DNA of 51,535 nucleotides from Sanchytrium tribonematis (lineage: Eukaryota): positions 1-51,535 of the forward strand of contig JADGIG010000013.1 of assembly GCA_018985235.1 (NCBI GenBank). The letters run 5' to 3'. The notes below the pieces were generated by a model. The model made no database searches, was not told where the DNA came from, and saw nothing but the letters and a program-made list of their open reading frames with translations. Of the stretch, positions 1 to 11,985 are shown one piece after another. Made by a program: the position numbers and the translations under genes. Each line of letters begins with the position of its first letter. Position 1 is the stretch's first letter.

Positions 1-1180
1 TTATTTTGCTTTCCATGATAGTTTCTACAGGCGTGTTGACATCTAATCGAAAAAAGTATTCCGTTTTAGTAGATTCCACCTCGTATCCAAAAATAAAATT
101 GCAAATCTTTGGACCAATTTTGTCAATTATTTTTTCGAGGCACTCTGATGCATCTTCTTGTTGCGCTTCTCCAAACAAAATCTTGATAAGATTCTGGTCA
201 GGAAATACAAATGTTTTTAGTCTCATTTCATTGAACAAATTTTTGAGTAGCATGCTAATTTCATTAGGCTCTTGTTCCACTAAATTTCTTAAGGGTTTGA
301 TATGAGCCAAACATTGTAAACATGCATTTAAGTGGCAACTTACCCCACTATTTCCTAAACCGGTTAACTCTTCACTAGAATGGCACATACCCAATATCAA
401 ATCCGATTTTAAATACTCTCCAATAACCTGTAAAAATTTCTTTGCATTGATTGCACAGGTCGGGTCATCTTGTATTTTTATTCTGTACAGGCCAACGTAA
501 AATGTATCAACTTCGGTCGCATCGCTTGTACCGAAAAAATTAAACGCATCTACCATTTTCTTATACCTGTAATAAGTTATAAATAAACTTTGACTCTGCC
601 TTCCCTCAGCAATGGTGTGCAATAAAGTCGTATACTTGATCAAGTCTTTTGTATAATTTAGCGCCTTTGCAAAGGCATACAACACTAAATCGTCCGAAAA
701 ATCAATACATCCTAATTCTTTGTAAGCTGGTGCTACACTATCATGCACGTAATCCGTAATAGGAATATTTCTTGCTTTATCGTATACCATGCTTAATCTG
801 TCAATAAAGTATGACAATCCGATCACATTTGACTCTGTAGATTGATCCATAATTCGCAAATAAGATAATATCTTTTTGCAATTGTCATCAAAAATTGTAT
901 CAAGTGAATATTCCTCATTCTCAGCCGAATATAAATAACCTATCATTAGCAGAATCTCATTCAAAATGGGAGTGTTCACTTTTTTGACAATCTTGTCTTT
1001 ACCAAGAGGTCTCGATTCTCCCATGAGCACATTATTCACACATCTTTCTAGAGTTTTTCGAGAAGATGAATTCATATTGTGGAAATAAACCGGGCTTAAA
1101 ATTGGTGCCGAAATTGATATGAATGAATTTTCATGGCATTCCAAGCATGAAATAGTGATGATATCATTTGCTAGTGACAT
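1..1180 (-). CDS. UBP2: Ubiquitin-specific protease, Ubp2-like (runs off window start; not in ORF track)
   Basis: Hand translation from ATG 1180 (MSLANDIITISCLECHE...) stays open; Cys box GLGNSGVSCHLNACLQCL, QQEDASE motif, Ubp2-type repeats (AYKELG..FSDDLVLYAF..IAEGRQS; DAFNFFG..IQDDP..LQVIG). Confidence 0.75.
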   Translation of the reverse strand, partial: MSLANDIITISCLECHENSFISISAPILSPVYFHNMNSSSRKTLERCVNNVLMGESRPLGKDKIVKKVNTPILNEILLMIGYLYSAENEEYSLDTIFDDNCKKILSYLRIMDQSTESNVIGLSYFIDRLSMVYDKARNIPITDYVHDSVAPAYKELGCIDFSDDLVLYAFAKALNYTKDLIKYTTLLHTIAEGRQSQSLFITYYRYKKMVDAFNFFGTSDATEVDTFYVGLYRIKIQDDPTCAINAKKFLQVIGEYLKSDLILGMCHSSEELTGLGNSGVSCHLNACLQCLAHIKPLRNLVEQEPNEISMLLKNLFNEMRLKTFVFPDQNLIKILFGEAQQEDASECLEKIIDKIGPKICNFIFGYEVESTKTEYFFRLDVNTPVETIMESKI

Positions 1181-1377
1181 TTCAAAGACGTGAAGAGTAT
1201 TGTTACATCTTGGAATTTGCTTGATTTGAAATACTTTAAAGCAATTTTTGCAATAAATTTCTTCGTTGTAGTTTGTATAAGAGTGGGTTTTCAAGCAAGG
1301 AATAAGAATATTAATTGCATGAAAGAAATTCGAGGGACCGCAAACGATCATTTCAAAAAATATTTAAAAAGAATCAT

Positions 1378-2825
1378 TTATTGAGTTGGAGCAGGTGGAA
1401 GTCTTTCATTCATTTGATCACGTATTTTAGCATCTTCAAAAGAATTTATGGCAGTCTTGAGTCCTTCAGTTCCACTGGAAAGTAAACCAGCTGGAAGTTG
1501 ATTTTTTCCAGTAAGCACTTTCAATTCATGAATTGCTTCAGATTCTTGACGTAATAAATTAAACATCTTTGACATTTTTCCAACTGCCAAAATCTTGTTT
1601 TTAATGATTTGTTTTCTTTCAGGATCCATACCAGTAGCTAAATTAGTAAAAAACTACGAGACTCGACCTCAAGCTCTTCTTTAGAGCATGTGTTTAAAAC
1701 CGCAACAAGCATATCCATCAGCTTCTCGCCTACAAAAGGCAATGACCAAGTAAAAACGTCCATGAAATTCGGTAACCAATATGGATGTGGAGAGCAGTTG
1801 AATTGCCTTATATTCATGAGATTATTCTCGTACTTCAATATAGCAGCTTTGTTGTTGTATACATCTAAGTAGTTTGGAGCACTAAATATAGTTATTAAAC
1901 TAGGAAAGCCAGTGCTTTTACTTCTCTTATACATGCGATATCCTGCGTCTTGAGCCTCGTGTGCCCTAATTAAACTCAATAGCTTATTTTTTTCTAAAAA
2001 GTGTTGGACTGCATTAAAAGTGTAAAAAAATGAGCAGCCTCTGACATGATTATGCAAAAATAACTCCTGAGAAGTTTCGCTTCCATAATCCTCGCAAGGA
2101 TCACTCCAAAGAACATCACACATTAAACCATGGGTTGGTGGTTCTCGAAATCTATTAATGTTCTTTAAATCTTCCAAAGTATGTAGTTCTGGGGAAATTC
2201 CTCCGTGGATACAGAGAAATTGCTTGTTGACCAACGCTGCTAACGGTAAAGCCTGGAAAGACTCCACACAAGCATCATAAACTTTTTCACTATATTTGTG
2301 CACACACTCTAATTTGAATGTAAAATATTCAGTAAGATGCCTACATTCGTGATTCCCACGTAACAAAAACATGGAATTTGGGTATGATAATTTCAAAGCA
2401 AACAAATAAAGCAAACACTCTATACTAAAATATCCTCTGTCGACATAATCACCTAAAAATAAATACTGAGTCGACGCAGGACTTCCACCAACCTCAAACA
2501 ATTTTATCAAATCGTAATACTGTCCATGGATATCACCACAAACTGTAACAGGCGATGCCACATTAACTATGTTTCCTTCTTTTGCTAAAGCGGCAGTGGC
2601 ATGTTTTACAATATAAATAGCTTGTTCTTTAGATAGCCGACCCTCATGAAAAAAGAAATCTTTCAAGAAATCCAAGGATATGTTCCATGTTTTTTCAATG
2701 ATGACATTGCCATCAGCATCAGTTATTTTGTCTGGAAACCCCAATTGTTCATTTGTGGGTGTGAAAAGATAAGGCGCTTCTACGGTTTCTACGATCCTTT
2801 TTTGGTAATTTGTGACTTCGCTCAT
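1378..2825 (-). CDS. CNA1: Calcineurin catalytic subunit A (PP2B), 2 exons, 475 aa
   Basis: GDIHG, GDYVDRG, RGNHE, SAPNYLD motifs; CaM-binding and autoinhibitory segments in exon 2; joined in frame by 20-nt intron 1638-1657. Confidence 0.97.
1638..1657 (-). other. 20-nt spliceosomal intron GTAGTTTTTTACTAATTTAG
   Basis: Removal gives ..[14 protein letters not shown], fusing the two calcineurin ORFs. Confidence 0.9.
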
Positions 2826-2890
2826 CCCAAAAATGTTTCAAAAATGAATTTTCAGTATAGCTAAAAGCAAAAAGCAACAAATTTATTTGG

Positions 2891-3184
2891 CTAAAATAAT
2901 CCCAATGACAACAATATTAGCGCAATACCAGCCAAAGTTTTTGTATTAAGTAAATTTCGATTAAAATAAGAGGAGAGTAAAACGTTGAACACTAATGACA
3001 GGCCTTGAATAAAAGGAATTGCATAAGATAATTGCATATCTTTGAGGGAGTAATAATAATATAATGAACCAGATAAATTAAAAGCCATCCAGAGTGCGAA
3101 TGTCAATCCACTACTAAATTTCATAAAGGGTTGAGTGGCTCCCCAACAAAATGCAACAATTATGCAATTGAAAACTTGACTCAT
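2891..3184 (-). CDS. TMEM234-like small membrane protein (EamA/DMT superfamily)
   Basis: VAFCWGATQPFMK, NLSGS.YY, LSYAIP motifs; hydrophobic. Confidence 0.75.
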   Translation of the reverse strand: MSQVFNCIIVAFCWGATQPFMKFSSGLTFALWMAFNLSGSLYYYYSLKDMQLSYAIPFIQGLSLVFNVLLSSYFNRNLLNTKTLAGIALILLSLGLF

Positions 3185-3204
3185 TTTTATTCACTAAATT
3201 TGTT

Positions 3205-5563
3205 TTACAAAGGAGAAGTTGCGATTGAATGGCGTGAGAAAAACTCTGTAATTTTAGAGAATGGGTCATCTGCGTTGTCAATTTCTTTGAAAAAGAATGT
3301 CTCATTTTCTTCTTCAATTGGCGATTCATACTCTTCTATACACCGCGGACAAGATTCAGAATTGCCTAAACAACTTTGATGATATGAATGATGGCAGTAA
3401 AAATGAACAATTGGTAAATTTAGCTGTTGTTGGCATGCAGAGCAAATGGTTTCTTGAAACAAAATTGGCTCATTTTTAATTTTTTTAATCTCATTTGTCA
3501 TTTGATCGATATCCTGCTGAAATTTTTGAGACATATCAATAAATTCCTGGATTTTGTCTGCTTCATTCTGAAATTGTCGTATTAAGTAGCCTTTGATCAG
3601 CTCCATTGTATTTTCCTCGTCGGTTGCCAAAATTTTTACAACTTCGACACAATTTAGTATATTGCTTCCTTCGATTATATTTAATGCTTGGTCTAAATGG
3701 CGCTTGTCTTTTCTGGCTGTTTTGGCGAAATATTTTAAAACTTCAACCCAGATGTCCTTGTCGTATTGACAATGTTCAATTGCGCTTGAAAGTACCTTGT
3801 CGTGCTTCTCTAAATCCATATATACATAAATAATTTCCTTCTGCATATTCATCCTTTCTAATAATACTAGCTTTCCATCGTTGTAGTTATGTGTATGACA
3901 AAGTAGTAAAACCTCTGTCTCATCGACTAATGCATTGGGATCTTGAAGAATTTCTAAAAGCTGATGTCTTAAGCTCTTGTCCTGCAAAGAAACTTCAAAT
4001 AAACTTGTCCAGATTTTTTTGCTCGAAGTTTTCAACTCTTTCGCAGCAAACATTAAAAATTTTAAAAAATATTTCTTTTCCTTTCGATAGTAAGGAACAA
4101 ATTGATCTGGTGGTATATTAAATTCAGTGCATAATTTCATAAACAAATCCGTAGTGTGATTTGGTACGGCATCAACCAAAGCCCTTCCGTGAAAAGAAAT
4201 TAATTTAAGACATTCTGTAAATTCGAGATTTGAAATGTATTCTAAAGCGGTTGTATGATCACTAAGATCTTCAATCAAAATTTTGACGTACTGAGAATGG
4301 TTCCTAAATTTTGAACAAATATTTAAAGCCTGCTTATAGTGCCCTGCTTCTCTTGTCACCTTTATTGCAACATCTGGATCAAAATTTGTTATTTCAGAAT
4401 TCTACATCAATAAATAATACCTTGAGGAATGTCTCCAATCTAGAAATGCCGTTGATTTTGGAGTAGCAATTAAGTAGCAATGTAGTATGATCTGGGGTTG
4501 CTACTTTCCTAGTGTGAAGCATTTCAAGATAATCCATTAGTTGTTCCATCCGCTGAGCATTTACATATTTCAATATAACTACACTGGGTTCCAAGTAACC
4601 AATAGTCTCAATAAAATATTGCATCGCTTTGTCTTTATCGTCATGCAAATATGTGTTGTTGGCGAATAATTTATAAACTTCAGCACAAAGTTCCTTTTTG
4701 TCAAATAGCCTCAAGTTTGCCAAATCTTCTTTTTGGTGAATATCATATACGGACTGAGATACTTCAAATGTAGCAAAGCTGCTATCTGGCTCTTCTTCTA
4801 TGAGTAGGATGCCTAATTCAAACATTTCTTTCTTTATTGCTTGCTGGACCTTGGAGTAAATGTCTTTCTCTACAAGTTCAATACAATTATCACTCACTAA
4901 ATATTGAGTATTTAAAATGTAGTTGCAAATCCACTTCCCACTTAAGGGGCCACTGTATGCATTATATCGATTCTTAAGGTCGTAGACATATCCTATTTTC
5001 CCACTAGTATACAAAAAATTACCACTACAAATCATGGAAGACTTTTCTCCCACTAAAGGAATTAGGTGCGATTTACCTAATACTGTGAACAGAGAAACAC
5101 CTTGCGCCGACCCGACGCAAATGAAATTTTTATACACACAACTTACCCCTGTTATTGGTGCCAAAATATGCATTTGATCATTTATATTGCCCGTCAAATT
5201 AATAAGAGTGGCTGGACCTTTCAAAATATTTAGTTTTGTCACAACAATCAAATGCTCTTCCAAAATATGAACATCTGCAATTGATTCTTGTACAGCGACA
5301 TACTTAATTGTCCCTGATTTTAAATCAATTATTCCAATAACTTTGTCATCTACAACTGGCAGAAATATTAATTTATCTTTGTATGGAAAATAAGTGTTGG
5401 CAAATACGAAGTCGTTGTTGATTGTAATTCTGTATTCCTCTGATGTAAATGAAACCCAAACAACTACACTCAGGGATTTAAAAAGCTGTTTGTTGATATA
5501 TTCATTTTTGTAAAGCTCTCTAAGAATTAAATCTTCCACAATTCTTTTTGTAAAACATTGCAT
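3205..5563 (-). CDS. VPS11: Vps11/Pep5 (HOPS/CORVET subunit), 2 exons, ~779 aa
   Basis: AMQYFIETIGYLEPSVVI, HTTLLLNCYSK, C-terminal RING (CSAC..HFYCHHSYHQSC..CPRC); 19-nt intron 4402-4420. Confidence 0.92.
4402..4420 (-). other. 19-nt intron GTATTATTTATTGATGTAG
   Basis: Removal gives ETFLK-NSEITNFDPDVAIKVTREAG. Confidence 0.9.
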
Positions 5564-5649
5564 CAAAAAATTAACTATTCACAAAAAGATTGCCTCAAAA
5601 GTTAAGCAACATTGTTGTAAAACAGACCCCGCAAATTAATTTACAAAAA

Positions 5650-6871
5650 TCAGTGTTTATTTTCATAATGTTCGGGGTATTCTTTTAAAATTCTATGCAA
5701 TTCTGTTTCTTGTTCTTCAATTATGTGAGTTTTTGTATCAAAAACGTCTGTAAACATGTCTTTGATATCAGGCTTAGGAATTTTCTCAGCCGCCTGGAAA
5801 GCTTTAAGAATCGATTTTCGAACCGCGGATTTTGTTTCTTTTTCCAAATCCGCATTCCACAATTTGGAATTTTCTAAGTAGAGTCTTAATCTTGTTAACG
5901 GATTGTCATTTTTAACCCAGGATTCTAATTCGCTTGATTTTCTGTATGCAGATGAATCGTCAGATGTAGAATGATGACCAACTCTATAAGTCATTGCTAT
6001 ATAAGTAAACAAAACCTTCGATTAATACTGGCCTGTTTTGTTCTAAACAAATTTTTCTTGCTTCTGCAGTTACCGCAAACACTCCAAAAAAATCATTTCC
6101 GTCTACTCGAAAAGTGGGGATATCGTAGCCGAACCCTCTACTTGCAATTCCGTCGCCGCGATACTGGTCGGATACTGGAGTGGAAATCGCATATCCATTA
6201 TTTCTGCAAAAAAAGATGACAGGACAGTCTCTGGTAGACGCCATATTTAATGCAGCATGAAAATCTCCCTCACTGGCCGCACCATCACCAAAATAGGCAA
6301 TCGATATTGCCCCTTTGTTCTCACGCTTTAATGCATAAGCTGCACCTGCAGCTTGCGGTATTTGGGTTCCTAAAGGAGAAGAAATGGTGTGGAAATTTAA
6401 TTTTGCACTTCCATAATGAACTGGCATTTGGCGGCCTTTACCGTAATCTTTTGCGTTTGAAAAACACTGATTCATAAATTCGTCTAACGTGAAACCTCTT
6501 GCCATTAAAACACCTTGTTCTCTGTATTGCGCATACACAACATCTTGGTCTTTAAGCGCAAAAGCACTTCCAGTATTGCAAGCTTCTTCCCCATAACTTG
6601 TCATGTAAAACGATATACGACCTTGTCTTTGGGCATCGTATAAAATGGAATCCATTGTGTTAATTGTCAGCATCTGTTTGTAGGCCTTTAAAACCACACT
6701 TGGATCTTTAATCAATGGCTGGATCAAATCATCGTATTTTTTTGTGGTTAATTTACCATGGGAATTTAATAACTGGAATGTTGGTATAACTGATGATTGT
6801 TGCACAATTTTTAATTCGCTTGTAAGTTTGCTATTTACGGCACCTGGAAACCTGATGAAACGCTTGAACAT
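5650..6871 (-). CDS. BCKDHA: Branched-chain 2-oxoacid dehydrogenase E1 alpha, 2 exons, 400 aa
   Basis: QRQGRISFYMT, GDGAASEGDFHA, YRVGHHSTSDDS; 19-nt intron 5997-6015. Confidence 0.95.
5997..6015 (-). other. 19-nt intron GTTTTGTTTACTTATATAG
   Basis: Removal restores conserved PVLIE-A-MTYRVGHH. Confidence 0.93.
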
Positions 6872-6893
6872 TTGTAACAAAAAATATACACAA

Positions 6894-8003
6894 TCAAACT
6901 AAAAACTTTACTAGTTTGGCATCTGGATTTGGACAATACAGCTTGTCCAATACTATAAGCTCTGCTTCGTTGCTTGTTGGAACTTCAAGTTTTGAGTGGT
7001 AAGTATTAAATGCTATTTTTGGAAGCTTTCTCTTGCCTTGAGTTATAGATCTGTACATATCTAAATGTTCACTATACTTTCTTGGAAATTGAAAATGTAC
7101 TATCCGAACCTTTGCACCACACTTATTTGCCAATTCGATATACTCTCTTCTTAATTCAATTAGTGGATTAGTATTGTCGATTACCACAGAATATCCTTCT
7201 TCTAATTTTGAGACACATTGCTCTAAACATTTTGCTCTTGTACCTAGTATATCTTGATTAACATGGTAGTAAAGAGAAAAAATTGACTTTGAGTAATAAC
7301 TTTTACCCGAGGCGGGAGATCCGACGAAAATAACGACTTCTTGTTCTTCTATTACCTCTATGTTTTTTTCAGATACAAACATTTCTTTCGGTCTATAGGA
7401 GAGGGTCATTTCGGGAGCCTCTTTTAATTCTTCAAAAAACTGTTCTGGTACCAAAAATTTCAAATTGTTGTTCAAGGCCCATTTCAAGTCAGTATCACTG
7501 AAGTCATCAGATCTTCCTGCAGCATCTCCAACAAAATAAGATTTTGAAAAGTCCTTTGTTGGTCCAACCAAATCAAGCAATAACATGAACATTCCAGGAC
7601 AGGGTTTCCGAAAATAATCGTATTGTGTAGACATTAAAACATATAACGGCATATCAATCCGTTTTACAACATTACCAATTTTTTCTTTCAATTGGCTACT
7701 TGGATTATTTTTAGTATCTAATTGATTTGTAATAATAGCTATTAGCCCTCCGTCTCTCTCTACTTCTTTCAACTTAGTTTCTACGTTAGGCTTTAATTTC
7801 CAGTCATCAATTTTTGATGACCACGATTTGCCACTTTTAGTGTGAATTAGTGTATTGTCCAGATCAAATAATGCTAAATAGGATCCACAGGGTTCTTTGA
7901 ATTTTAAAAAAAGACAAGTTTCATTTTTTTGCCAATTCATTGACGTCTTGTATCGTTCTTTAGAGAAAAAAGGATGGAATTTAGGAACTACTTTTTCCTT
8001 CAT
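6894..8003 (-). CDS. PNK1: Bifunctional polynucleotide 5'-kinase/3'-phosphatase
   Basis: HAD FDLDNTLI, RKP, VGDAAGR; P-loop GSPASGKS; VVIDNTNP. Confidence 0.93.
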   Translation of the reverse strand: MKEKVVPKFHPFFSKERYKTSMNWQKNETCLFLKFKEPCGSYLALFDLDNTLIHTKSGKSWSSKIDDWKLKPNVETKLKEVERDGGLIAIITNQLDTKNNPSSQLKEKIGNVVKRIDMPLYVLMSTQYDYFRKPCPGMFMLLLDLVGPTKDFSKSYFVGDAAGRSDDFSDTDLKWALNNNLKFLVPEQFFEELKEAPEMTLSYRPKEMFVSEKNIEVIEEQEVVIFVGSPASGKSYYSKSIFSLYYHVNQDILGTRAKCLEQCVSKLEEGYSVVIDNTNPLIELRREYIELANKCGAKVRIVHFQFPRKYSEHLDMYRSITQGKRKLPKIAFNTYHSKLEVPTSNEAELIVLDKLYCPNPDAKLVKFLV

Positions 8004-8128
8004 TGGGGTTTCAAAATGTTTCAATTTTTATCTGATACTATATCAGGTATATTTACTCATTTTAAAAGATTTTTCACAACGATGTTCGAGGACCCACCAA
8101 GAAGAATTGCTCAAGTGAGTCAAGATTC

Positions 8129-11100
8129 CTACGCTTTCCCCACTGGATGCTCTTCTTGTGGATAAGTACAAATTATCGAATAAACGCATGAACTTATAAC
8201 TTTGCGCGTGGCTACATCTTCAATCTGGCATTTTAATCTGTAACTTCCTGGACAAAGAAGAGAAAATTGAATTAACGTGCTCCATGTTAATTCCTCTGAG
8301 AACATCAATCTGTGTAGCTTTCCTTGTACTAATACTTGATCATTGTCACATATATAAAGTGCGCTGTTTTCGCAGTCTTGGTATATCAAAAATTTAAATT
8401 TAAGATATTTGATAGCAGAAAAAGAATTTACCAAAAATTTCAAAGTTTGCCACTTTTGTGCATTTACCTCAAATGCTGAAAGTACCTCTTCTTCATTATA
8501 AAATAATGAAATTTTCATCATACTTTTCAAAATGCCCTGGATTAAAGTTTGATTGAGCTCCAAGTCGTGCAAAAAATACCTGCCTCTTCTTTTGCTAGAT
8601 GGAATTTCGTAATTGATTTCAATAAGATCAAGTAATTTCATTTTATAAAAGTAAGACTCACGGGCATTTACATTCGAAAAATCATAGTCATCTTTTTCGC
8701 TGACCTGCAGATACGTAAATTTTGGCAAATTAGGTAATGGCGAAAATAAATCCAATCTAGGTAATATAAGTTCAATACGTTCACATCCACCCGGAGTTAT
8801 TACCACTTTTTCCTGCTCTGGTTTGATAAAATATAAATGCACAGATTCGTGCCAATGGTTTTCCAAATCAATCGCGAGCAAAAAGTGGTCTTTCGACTGG
8901 TCTTCTCGGACATCCAGTGTCCTTATTTTAAGTATTGAGATTAAGGTCAATTCAAGTGGTATCTGTAATTTCCGAAATCTAAGTTGCTGCTCCTCATTGA
9001 GATATCCATATTCAATTGTCAAAATAATTGAAGAACTAAGTTAAATTTAATTACCAAAACGGTTTGCCTAAAATTTGAATAACCATGTTTTCTGTTGCCT
9101 GTGGAGAGATTTCCTTCACGGAATCCACACAATCAATTAATGAAGGATTATTACGGTGAAAAAAATCGAAGTAACATAGTTTTTCCAAATCGAGTGTTCT
9201 TACACTCTCATTAAATGCTTCGGTATTTATAATTCCAATATGATTGACTTTCACCGTCGAAGAATTTAAGACTGGAATTACGTACTTGTATTTTTCACCA
9301 TTAAAAAGCATAATTCGTTGACTCAATGCACCAAAGGGTAATTTTAAAAATGGCACTGATGGCACAACATTTATAACGATATCCTTAGGAGCTATAGGAT
9401 ACACAACATCTTTAAATATCCTTTCTGCTTCCAAAAGTCCAAACCTTTTGATTTTTGGCGGAGAATGGGAAAGTACAATTGGCCTAATAATTAATCTATC
9501 TGTCAAGCCCAATTCTGGACAATTGACTCGACAGCCATTAATTGTGATCATTCCTGGATCTTTTGGAATTAATCTCAGATGCAAAAGATTTATAGTCTTT
9601 GCGTTGATATCAATATTTTTAGGCTGACATTCTGCTTTTCCATCGACATCCAGTTTTAAATTAGCTAAGCTTAAAGGGTGCATAAACGGATTGCATAGTG
9701 CAATTTCGGCAGTCACCACATCATCAACGCTAGATTCCAATTTGTCTGTGAGACTGGTTTTACGTTGATCAAATGGATTATAAATAAACGGATCAGTTTT
9801 ACTGACTCTTCGGGATTCAGAAATATCCTCGATTTCTTTGGTGTGTATATCAAATTCATTTTGAGGTTTGATAATCTTCATTGATATAATTAAAGGATTG
9901 ACCGTATCGTCAAGCTCCTTCCCAGCACGAAAATGTTGCATTAAAATTTTTTGATCGTCTTTGTTCATATAATGATATAGTCTAGATAAAGCAATATATG
10001 CTAAATAAGCCCTAGTTTCATGCAAATCGTGTCTTTCACTTAAAAGTAACGATTGAGTTATAAAGTCTATCATCAAGTAAAGCCATCCGCAACAATATAC
10101 TACTTTTGGTCTAAAACCCAAAGTTTCGAGACTTGAGACAATCATTGGAGTTATGCTTTTTAAATTAAAGACAGGTTTAAGTGCTTTCATTGCTTTAATG
10201 GAATAGTAGGTAAATTGTGACTTTCTTCGAGGGTATTTTAAAATATCATAAAATGAAGAGAGTCTTATGTAATAGCGGGCCTTGGTTAACTCATCTAAAT
10301 TGTACAAATAGTAGTTTGTTTTTATAATTAAATTGTCGCATTCTAGTCTGTTCAAAAAAGTTCCAGTGTAATATTCCATATTTAAGGACACTATTTGGAA
10401 ACTTACTTCAGCGCACAATAAATTACATTGCTGCTGTTCAAAAATTGGTAAGACCTGTGTGTTTAATTTCAAAATGTAGTCTTTAACGTGATTTAAAATT
10501 TCAAAACTTTCATCTTTATCAAGCTTGGATCTGCTTTCTCGAAAAGTTGTTGGTTCTATCATATTAACAGTCTTGATGAGTAGTTCCGAAATACATAATG
10601 ACCATAGGGCGCCACCATACCAGATTGGATCTACCCCTCTAAGTAAGTCTGTGGCACTCTTTAATTTGCTAATAGAGTCCTGATATTCTCCTTTAAGCAT
10701 TAAGTAATCCCCGATCAGCTTAAATGTTCTGCCTGAAGATTTGAGTTGCATCAGTCTAGCTTCGTCGGTCTGGTTTGAAAACAAATCTTTAAGCGTAGGC
10801 GAGCTAACCGGAGACAAATTTGTTTCCTCGAATGCTTTTAAAACTGAAGGTGTTGGGGGATAAGCACTAGATTCTATTAGTCGAATTTTTTCGTCTATTT
10901 TTTTTAATATTTTTGCCAAAGTATCGCAAAGCAACTGATACACATAGAAATTTACATTTCCCACTTTTGGTACTGAAACCACACTTGCAATTTCATCTGA
11001 TTCAGAGTTAAATAGCAAGCATTTCGGAAGTGCATTTGGATGCTTTTCTTTTGAAAGGTCGAAAAACAATTGCACATGTTTATCTATATGATGATTGTGG

Positions 11101-11351
11101 TCTTTATCTGCTAGCCCAATAATTGCAAAATTTCCAGTTTGAGGGACGTACTCGGATATTTTTAGGTCTCGATCCTGAAATAAAGGTATAAAATTTACAA
11201 ATATCTTCTTATTAATGTCTATTGTGTTTGAGATATCCTGGATGGGTATACAAGAATAAGATTTGAATAAGTCAAAATAGCGATCAAAGGACTCATCATC
11301 AATTCCCAAGGAAACTATCACAATATTAATTGACTGAATATGGCAAAACAT
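8129..11351 (-). CDS. TRS120: TRAPPII subunit Trs120/TRAPPC9, 2 exons, ~1067 aa
   Basis: GRTFKLIGDYLMLKG, DPIWYGGAL, DPFIYNPF, LCNPF; 19-nt intron 9036-9054. Confidence 0.85.
9036..9054 (-). other. 19-nt intron GTAATTAAATTTAACTTAG
   Basis: Removal gives GKPF-C-SSIILTIEYG. Confidence 0.88.
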
Positions 11352-11414
11352 TTGCGAATTGTAAGTTTCAAAAAAATTATTTTGTTCCGCGCTTGGTATG
11401 AAGTTTATTTCAAA

Positions 11415-11948
11415 TTAGCTTTCTATACAGCCACACTGCCACCTTTCAAAAATAGTAGAACAGTCAAACATGGGCTTTTTTAGTCTAACGTTCACTTTAT
11501 TATGCTGGCGGCAGAACCAATATACAAAATCTTCTCGAGATTTGACAATGGGAGGGTCTTCCTTCAAAAGCAGTTGAAAGTGACCCGCACAATTCCCACA
11601 CGGATATAACTGTGAAAATAGATGAATAAATTGCAAAACAGCCTTTTGCTGGTCCTTAGTAGGATCAACTGGAAATCGACCAGCAAGAGTGTGTAAGAAA
11701 TGCCAAGTGCTATGACCCAGCTCGGCCCTTTGAGTTTGGTTTCCAAGATATGGCATCATTACATCCGAATTATCTGATTCAATTGGTGGATTAATATATC
11801 TTTCCATATCATAGATTGAGTCTAACTGAACGCTAGTATTTTGTTCGCTTGAACTAAACGCAGTCCCTTTCACAGCATTGTTATCGCCTTTCAATACCCA
11901 CAATAATATTATGATTCCTAACAATCCCAATCCGGCAAATTTCTTCAT
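11415..11948 (-). CDS. ERV2: Erv2-type FAD-linked sulfhydryl oxidase
   Basis: N-terminal TM, RAELGHSTWHFLHT, YPCGNCA, HNKVN, C-terminal CGC. Confidence 0.93.
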   Translation of the reverse strand: MKKFAGLGLLGIIILLWVLKGDNNAVKGTAFSSSEQNTSVQLDSIYDMERYINPPIESDNSDVMMPYLGNQTQRAELGHSTWHFLHTLAGRFPVDPTKDQQKAVLQFIHLFSQLYPCGNCAGHFQLLLKEDPPIVKSREDFVYWFCRQHNKVNVRLKKPMFDCSTIFERWQCGCIES

Positions 11949-11985
11949 TCTGCTAAAATATACCCAAAACAAGGAGAATCTATAA

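Noticed and set aside
567..588. 22-nt GT..AG (GTTTATTTATAACTTATTACAG) in UBP2 as an intron
   Set aside because: The frame is open without it, removal would frameshift, and it lacks the -6 A
1190..1384. 64-aa plus-strand ORF or hairpin between UBP2 and CNA1
   Set aside because: Non-ATG start, no motif; only one 8-bp inverted match (TTGCTTGA/TCAAGCAA), which is insufficient
11971..11977. AAGGAG as a bacterial Shine-Dalgarno, or bacterial contamination
   Set aside because: Genes are eukaryotic with spliceosomal introns, and the motif occurs in both orientations
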